DNA from: Spongospora subterranea f. sp. subterranea
Lineage: Eukaryota
Length of the DNA: 44,394 nt
NCBI GenBank assembly: GCA_049724395.1
Contig: JAUGWO010000072.1
Coordinates: forward strand, 1-44,394
Direction: 5' to 3'
In this document: in pieces, positions 37,014 to 44,394 of the stretch
How the letters are laid out: the number at the start of each line of letters is the position of its first letter
Position numbering within the stretch: the stretch's first letter is position 1
Made by a program: the position numbers and the translations under genes
Notes under the pieces: model-generated
Told to the model about the DNA's origin: nothing
Database searches by the model: none
The model's input: only the letters and a program-made list of their open reading frames with translations

Positions 37014-37048
37014 GATTAACAGTCGAAGCCGCTGACCGGTTACGCCCA
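37014..37048 (+). promoter_or_regulatory. Primer-binding site complementary to the 5' half of tRNA-Asn(GUU)
   Basis: GATTAACAGTCGAA is the reverse complement of TTCGA-CT-GTT-AA-TC. Imperfect complementarity continues through a D-arm-like GGCGTAACCGGTCAGCG. Confidence 0.8.
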
Positions 37049-37473
37049 TCCTACGAGGCCACGCCCACACTACCAGGCCACGCCCACTCAACGAGGTCAC
37101 GCCCACTTAACGAGGCCGCGCTCACTCAACAAGGTCACGCCCACTCAACGAGGTCACGCTCACTCAACGAGGTCACGCCCACTCAACGAGGTCACGCCCA
37201 CTCAACGAGGCCACGCCCACTCAACGAGGCCACGCCCACTCAAGGAGGCCACGCCCACTCAAGGAGGCCACGCCCACTCAACGAGGCCACGCCCACTCAA
37301 GGAGGCCACGCCCACTCAACGAAGCCGCACCCACTCAACGAGGCCGCGCCAACTCAACGAGGTCACGCCCATTCTACCTGGTCACGCCCACATTACAAAG
37401 TCACCCCCATTCTACGAGGCCGCGCTCATTCTTCGAAGTCACGCCCAATCTACCAGGCTACGCCCGTTCTACC
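37037..37473 (+). repeat. 23 x 19-bp tandem repeat (AGGYCACGCCCACTCAACG) forming the Copia-A leader
   Basis: Seen directly. Runs from the PBS to 2 nt before the gag ATG at 37476. Confidence 0.95.
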
Positions 37474-37475
37474 AG

Positions 37476-40400
37476 ATGAAAGAGATCCTGCAATCAATCA
37501 CTAAATTCACAGGCGCGGACACTGATGACTTCCAGCTGTGGCAACAAAAGGTCATCATGTACCTGTCAACGAAGGATCTTGAAGTTTATATCGACCAGGA
37601 CCCAGCTCTCCCCGCCACCACTGAAGAACTGCGCAACGACAAGAAGGCGAAGTCGATCATCTGTTGCTGCCTCCATGATCTAATTGTAAGCTTAATCATG
37701 AAGGAACCGACTGCACATAAGGCTTGGAAGCTCCTTGAACAACTATACCAAAAGAAGTCTCGTTCCACCAGGACTAGGTTAATCGCAGAATTCTGGTCTT
37801 GCACCAAGGGAGAGTCGTCTGTTGCCACCTATATTGCAACGATTCAAGCCATCCAGGGGAAGCTGCGAGCAATCGGGAAAGAACTATCAGACGAAGATAT
37901 GACGGACCGCCTTCTCTCTGGACTTCCATCCTCATTCGATGCATTTACAGTAACTCTTGATTCTCAGAATGAAGTCAAATTTGCACCCACGGCAGCATCC
38001 CTAATTAATTTTGAGGCTCAAATTGAGCATAGAGCGCGAGAACCTGGCGCATCTTTCGTGGCGACCGCAAAACGCATCTCAGGGCGACATCGTTGCAACT
38101 ATCACAACAGCAATGCACATGACGACGCTCTGCTGGCATCAGCACCCGGAGCTCCGACCAAAGATCACCGCAAATAAAACGCTTCATTCCAACTACCTCA
38201 ACCGCAGCGAACACGTAGCTCTTTCAACTCAGCCCCCACGAAACATCTCTGGTTCCAACTGGATTCTCGACTCCGCATGCTCGACTCACATGTGCTCTGA
38301 TTCCTCGACGCTTGAGCAGATTTTGCCCGCATACAATCCTCTAACCATCAGGGTGGCAAACAACGCCATACTGCGCTCCACGGCTAGCGGCACCTCTAAA
38401 ATCCAATCCTGCATCGGAACTATCAACATCTCTCCAGTATCGCTCGTTCCCGGACCCTCCGCAAACCTCATCTCCATCGGTCAAGCGACGTCGGATGGCT
38501 TAGAATTTGAATTCAGACGCAACACATGCAAGATTCTGGACTCCGGCGGTAATCTTATCACGAAGATCCCGAAGGATCATGACAACCTGTACACCCTGCC
38601 TCCAGTTATCAACTACACTGCAGAGCCACGTATTGCTGCGGCAAATATGGTATCAGAAACACGCGACCTTTGGCACAATCGACTTGGCCACATCAACGAT
38701 CATGACCTCAACTCAGCCTTGGAAACTTCGGTCACCGGAATCAAGCAACCAGCGAAGATACGCAGACCCTCACCTATCTCTCCCTGTGACGGCTGCATGC
38801 TAGGAAAAATGCCAAGAGGTAACATCCAACGAACCTCTGAAAGCTCAACCACCAGGCCGCTGGAAATCATTCACAGTTACATTTCTGGACCATTTCCTGT
38901 TGATGGAATTCACGGCAAGTCGAGATACTACATTTCATTTCTACACCAACACACACGATATTCATTTGTGTACCTGATTCGAAGGAAGTCGGAAGCCATA
39001 TCAGCAATCAAGCAGCATATCCGTCTGGTCAACAATCATTTTCAAGATCAGGGATTCTCTGTGAAGAGCTTTCAAAGCGACGGTGGAGGAGAATACACAT
39101 CCAAAGAATGCCAAACATTCCTCGCAGATCTCGGCATCGCCCATCGAAGAATCATCCCATACCAATCGGAACAAAACGGCATGATCGAAAGACTTAACCG
39201 AACGATAATCGAGTGTGCCGAGAGCATGCGCCTTAGTGGAAAATTAGGACCCAGGTTTTGGACTGCTGCCGTTTCCGCAGCCGTCTATATTATCAATCGA
39301 CGTCCACACAGCGCACTGCCGCAGCGCATATCCCCATTTGAAGCCTGGAACAAGACCAAACCGGACTTACGACATCTTCGAACATTCGGTTGCGACGCGT
39401 ATATTCACCTGCCCAACCAACTTCATCGAAAACTTCAACCACGAGGACGCAAGGTTACCTTCATTGGATACCCAACAAATCAAAAGGGGTATCAATTCTG
39501 GGACGAGGAAATGCAGCGTATTGTCTGCAGCCGGTTCACAGACGCCTCATTTCATGAGCATTCATTTTCAAGGACACAGCCTGTTCAGCGCAGAAATGAA
39601 GTCACATTCGATTTTGATGGACCATCTACAACGACTTCCAACCCTTTGAGAACAATCCTCACTGACTCCTCATCATCATTACAGGAATCATCCAGCTCTT
39701 CTGAACCATCCTCAGCGATATCAAGCGACTCATCATCAAACCCTCCTGAAGAAGTTAGCGAAGAATCAGAAGAATCACAGCCTCATGGAAGCACGGAATA
39801 TGAGATCGAGCACGACAATTGCAAAAGAGCCGAACAAGAAGATGACGAACCAATTCGAATGGAGCATGGACGACGGTCGGATCGTGTCCGGAATGCTCCT
39901 GGAGAATGGTGGAAAGTTCCACCAGCAGCAGCTCTGATCGTCCAACGTGACAGGATGCAAGCATGTCAGATCACTCTGCCGAAGTCAATCAGCGAGGCAA
40001 CAGATCCAGCAAACGAGTTTTCTGAAGAATGGACTCAAGCAACAAACGCCGAATTCACCAGCCTGCAAGAAAACCAACCCTGAACTTGACACTGAGACAG
40101 CTCGACGTGGTTGGGGCTTTTCTACAAGCAGAACTTCCAGAAGAGATCTATATGGTCCAACCGGAAGGTTTTATCTCTGAGGATCCAAAATTAGTGTGCC
40201 GACTCAAGAAAAGCCTTTACGGACTCAAGCAGGCCGGACTAGTTTGGAACGATACAATCAACCGCTTCATCACTGAAACACTTCACTTCAAACGTCTCAG
40301 CTCGGATGCCTGCGTGTACGTCAAGAGATCGAACAACGACATTGTTATCATGTCACTCTCTACAGACGACCTACCTACTAGTGGCTCATAACTGTCCGTC

Positions 40401-41427
40401 ACTGATAGAGAACATCGTTTCTCAGCTCTCCACACGTTTTCCAATGACAGATCTAGGTAACCCGAAGCGCTTACTAGGGATGAGGATCACACGTAGTAAT
40501 GACGGTATCTTACTTGACCAAGAGGCCTACATCTTGGAGCAATTATCAAAGTTCAACATGATGGACTGCAAGCACGCAGACACGCCCGAACAATCAGGAC
40601 TCTACCTGGAGAAGAACATGTGTGCAACAACCGCCGAAGAGAAGCAAGAAATGCAAGAAACCCCCTATCGTGAACTAGTTGGAGCTCTTAACTGGATCGC
40701 AACGTGCACCAGACCGGATATCTCACATGCAGTGTCCTCACTCTGTCGGTTCCTTGACAACCCAGGTCGCCAACATTGGACATCTGCGAAGCGTGTTCTT
40801 AAGTATCTTAAGGGAAGCAGCAACTCTGGACTATTCTTCAAAGCCCATCAGCCTCCCCATCTGACCGCCTACTCGGACAGCGACTGGGCCGGAGACAAAG
40901 ATTCAAGGAAATCCACTACTGGATACACCCTCATGATGTCAGGATGCACGGTGGCCTGGAAAAGCTCCCTACAAAAGATTGTTGCATGCTCCTCAACCGA
41001 GGCAGAATACATCGCCCTTTCAGAGACAATGCGGGAAGTGATATGGATCAGATCGATTCTTGGAGAACTTGGCTTTATTCAAAGCAAGGCTACTAAAGTG
41101 ATGGAAGACAATCAAGGCTGCATAGCAATTTCGAAAAACAGACGCACCGACAAACGTACGAAACACATCGATCTGCGTTTCCACTTCTGTCGCGATCAAG
41201 TCGAACAAGGGACCATCAAGGTTGAATACTGCCCGACAGAAGCCATGATTGCTGATGCGCTGACGAAACCAATCAACGCCCCCAAGTTCAAATGGTGCCG
41301 CACCGCAATGGGAGTCACAACCTGCAAGTTGAGAGGGCGTGTTGAATACAACTTGCCTGCCTCAAGTACGGACATTCTCCAAGGAAAGTGCGTACCTCCT
41401 GTGGGCGCAACCACGGCAAGAGCATGA
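37476..41427 (+). pseudogene. Copia-A gag-pol polyprotein, disrupted
   Basis: Gag LLSGLPSSF; protease WILDSACSTHM; WHNRLGH..CDGC; QSDGGGEY, QNGMIER; LYGLKQAG; YSDSDWAG, TEAEY, HIDLRFH. Frameshifts near 38130 and 40370, and deletion of the RT N-terminus near 40080. Confidence 0.93.
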
Positions 41428-41619
41428 CATAAAGCTGACTGTACGGACTTTACGCATTGGGCTATAAATAGCCATTTCCCAAGGTATCTACCTATATAAG
41501 CAATTACGCCACAATAATAAATTCATTCAGCTATTGCATCCGTTTGAGCAACATCAACTTTCCACAGATAAATTTATAAACTTTAAAAAAAAGAAATTGA
41601 CTCAGGTGTACCTTCTTGA

Positions 41620-41803
41620 CATACACTTCTGTGTATCTTTCCTCTACATACACTTTAGTGTATCCTTCCTTTACATACACTTCAGAGATTCATTTTTCTA
41701 CATACACTTTAGTGTATCGTTTCCTATACATACACATCAGTGTTCTCTCCCTTACATACACTTCAGTGTATCTCTTCTTTTACATACACATCAGTGTATC
41801 TTT
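41620..41803. repeat. ~7 x 26-28-bp degenerate tandem repeat with palindromic core ATACACT-TC-AGTGTAT
   Basis: Seen directly. The conserved core alternates with variable pyrimidine-rich linkers. Confidence 0.85.
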
Positions 41804-41808
41804 CTAAA

Positions 41809-44394
41809 GTCAAAGGTAGGACGGTAGTCGAACTGGGCTAAGGTACCCGAAATCTTTTAGACAATTTAATGCCTGGCCTTTATTAGTGGAGAAAAGCAGT
41901 GAGTATTTATTGACATCTCGTCAGATATAAACACAAACTCCGTGGTGCTCAGCAGTTATGGGACCTCATTTCATACAGGGCATCATATTGAATTAAATAG
42001 AACCTCGTATTTCAGCACGTCCCCTCGAGGTTGTATCTCGGTTGCTTGTGTCTATGATGCCCATCTTGTTGCGACACCAACCAAACTTCAGTGTATCGAG
42101 CGACTTTGTCATTACGTCGGCAACCATTTCCTTTGTTGATATTGGCTTGACGTCGATAATTTTGTCCTCAACAAGCTTTCTAGTATAGTGATATTTTACG
42201 TCAATGTGCTTTGTACGAGCGTCAGTCCGATTATTCTTGCTAATAACGACGCATCCTCGGTTATCCTCGAATACGACTGTGGGTTGTGGACATGCAAAGC
42301 CGATCTCTTGGAGAAGTTGACGAAGCCAGTACGCTTCCCTTGCTGCGGAACATAGTGCAATATATTCTGCTTCGACAGATGATAGAGAGACGGATGATTG
42401 AAGCTTAGACTTCCACGAAACTGGCCCCCCTGCGAGCATGAAGGCAAAACCTGAAGTTGATCATCTTGTGTCGGGATCACCTGCCCAATCAGAATCAGAG
42501 TAACCAGAGAGATCGGAACTGCCCTGTTCTTGACGATGATATGTGATGCCGAAGCTGGAGGTTCCTGCCAAATAACGAAGAACCCGCTGTGCAGCAACCC
42601 AGTGGGGCCTACCAGGATTGCTAATAAACCTGCAAAGGGATCCGACAGCCGTGCTGATATCTGGGCGAGTGTTGCTTGCTAACCAAATCAAACTACCGAC
42701 AAGCTCACCATAGGGAACTTGTTTCATCGCCAGTACATCTTCTGACTCTGAGGGTGAAGAAAGGGAGGATAATGAACACCAGGTTGCTGAGGAGTTGAAG
42801 TTGGATTGCAATCAAACATGTTGAACTTCATCAAAAGCTGCTTAACATATTCCTCTTGGTCTAACGAAATTGACCCGGTCTTCTCATCACGATGAATTCT
42901 CAGGCCGAGAAGTCTGGTTGGTACCCCGAGGTCAGTGATGTCGAACTTCGAAGACAGCTGATCGATGACTTCTTGACAGAAGTTGATGTCGTTGTGAACA
43001 AACAGGATGTCATCAACATGGACTCCGAGAGCTAGAAAACTGCCATCACGACGAATTGTATAAATGCATGGATCAGCCTTAACTTTCTTAAGTCCAGCTT
43101 CTTTGGTCAAAAATTTGTCTAGTTTAGAGTTCCAAACCATTCCAGCTTGTTTCAATCCATAGAGAGCTTTGTTCAATCGGCAAACTTGATTTTCTTGACC
43201 ATGAACAACAAATCCTTCAGGTTGCTGCATAAAAATATCTTCTTGTACGTCGCCGTTGAGAAAAGCCCCAACGATATCAATTTGTCGGATCTGCAGATTG
43301 TGTTGAGCAGCAATAGCAAGTAACACACGCATTGACGCCTGATGAGCAACAGGGGCAAAGGTTTCATCGAAATCAACTCCATGTCTTTGTGAGAATCCTC
43401 GAACCAACAAACGGGCTTTAAACTTCCTGATAGAGCCATCCCCAGAAAGGTGTGGTTTCACCGTTAAAACCCATTTACACGAGATAGCCTTTCGTCCGGG
43501 GGGCAAATCTTGTAAACTCCAGGTTTGAAAATCTAGCATCTGTTGATACTCAGCTCGAATCGCGTCATACCAATGACCAGCGTGAGGACTGCTTCAGGGC
43601 TTCAGTCAAATTAGCAGGAATTGAAACTAACGAAACGTGAATTTCGAAAATTACGGGTCGTGGTAGTGCCACACCATCTGCTGGAAGATTCGATCGTGAC
43701 AGTCCAAAAACACATGCAGCGTTACATTTCCAAAATTCAGTCGGAGGACCACCGATGCGAGATGACCGCCGCACCTCCGGTTCAATTGAATCCACGACTT
43801 GGCTAATAGGTTCTTCTCGTAAAGAATTGGCACCCACTTCAGTGTCTGATTCGGTGAGCGATGCGTGGGAAGATGACAGTAGATCCTGTGAACTGAATGT
43901 AGCATCTGACTGAGAGATAGAAGCGTTCTCAGAAATGAGGTCGTCGTCAGTTTGCTCAGAGTGTAGTGTCCAATGCGTTAGGTAATTGCTCTCGAGGGAG
44001 GTAACGGATCAGGGTCGAGAATAACTTGGTTTGCATTTGATCCTCGGCGACCGCTTGCATTCTGATATTTGCCGCCCGAATCGAAAAGAAAAATTGTGTT
44101 CATCGAACTCGACGTCGCGACTGGTGTATTGCTTATTGTCCATGGGTCGAACAGTAAATACGCCTTCTGGGAATTGGCATATCCAATGAAAACAGTTTTA
44201 TGTGCGCGAAAACTCGGTTTTCTTCGTGTATGATCCGGAATGCGTCGATATGCAGTGCAGCCAAAAATTCGCATATAGTGTAGGTCTGGTTTGGATTGAC
44301 GAAGTGCTTCAAATGGGGTAATTCTGTTTACGAGTGATGAATGTGGGCAACGATTATAAATATGTGCAGCAACTGAAATAGCCCAAGAGAAGCA
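41809..44394 (-). mobile_element. Ty1/Copia element B, 3' part (integrase C-terminus, RT, RNase H, PPT, 3' LTR ~42017-41809), degenerate, runs off the window
   Basis: RIFGCTAY, KAISCKWV, KARLLVRGFSQ, ETFAPVA, LYGLKQAG, HVDD, YSDSDWAG, VEAEY and HIDVKYH, with frameshifts and stops. PPT GAGGGGACG precedes TGCTGAAATACG. Confidence 0.95.

Larger units (their letters stand above)
36787..41566 (+). mobile_element. Ty1/Copia element A, both LTRs present, coding-defective
   Basis: Identical 227-bp LTRs at 36787-37013 and 41340-41566; PBS; PPT GAGAGGGCG; gag-PR-IN-RT-RH domain order. No matching TSD (TATAC vs GATAA). Confidence 0.97.

Noticed and set aside
41620..41803. Mini-CRISPR (palindromic repeat with variable spacers)
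   Set aside because: Linkers are only ~10 nt, pyrimidine-biased and similar to each other; no cas genes.
36541..42017. Inverted ~210-bp repeats as TIRs of a 5.5-kb DNA transposon
   Set aside because: They are Copia-B LTRs: one is followed by a PBS, and the other is preceded by a PPT and RNase H coding sequence.

Overview
Eukaryotic nuclear DNA with short spliceosomal introns. It is probably a protist, possibly a plasmodiophorid or oomycete-like plant parasite; this is inferred only from the TE families and secreted-protein candidates. A small island of intact host genes lies at 12.6-20.5 kb: a two-exon calmodulin-like gene, a six-exon GAF-domain class I cyclic-nucleotide phosphodiesterase and a Cdc25 phosphatase. 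Around it is a transposon graveyard of MULE, pogo, DD39D-mariner, Ty3/Gypsy and Ty1/Copia remnants, plus two orphan secreted-protein genes and a 69 x 33-bp tandem array. The right third is a multi-layer nest: MULE > Gypsy > LINE 3' fragment and (ATACC)n-tailed SINEs > Copia-B LTR > Copia-A with identical LTRs. Most notable: (i) two Copia families whose primer-binding sites match the anticodon arms of tRNA-Asn(GUU) and tRNA-Lys(CUU), implying half-tRNA priming with non-Met tRNAs; (ii) a structured RNA module with apparent covariation shared by two poly(A) retroposons; (iii) a SINE insertion recording slippage and template jumping; (iv) a pogo-like transposase preceded by an OTU protease domain. 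All assignments come from reading motifs by eye; no database searches were run.
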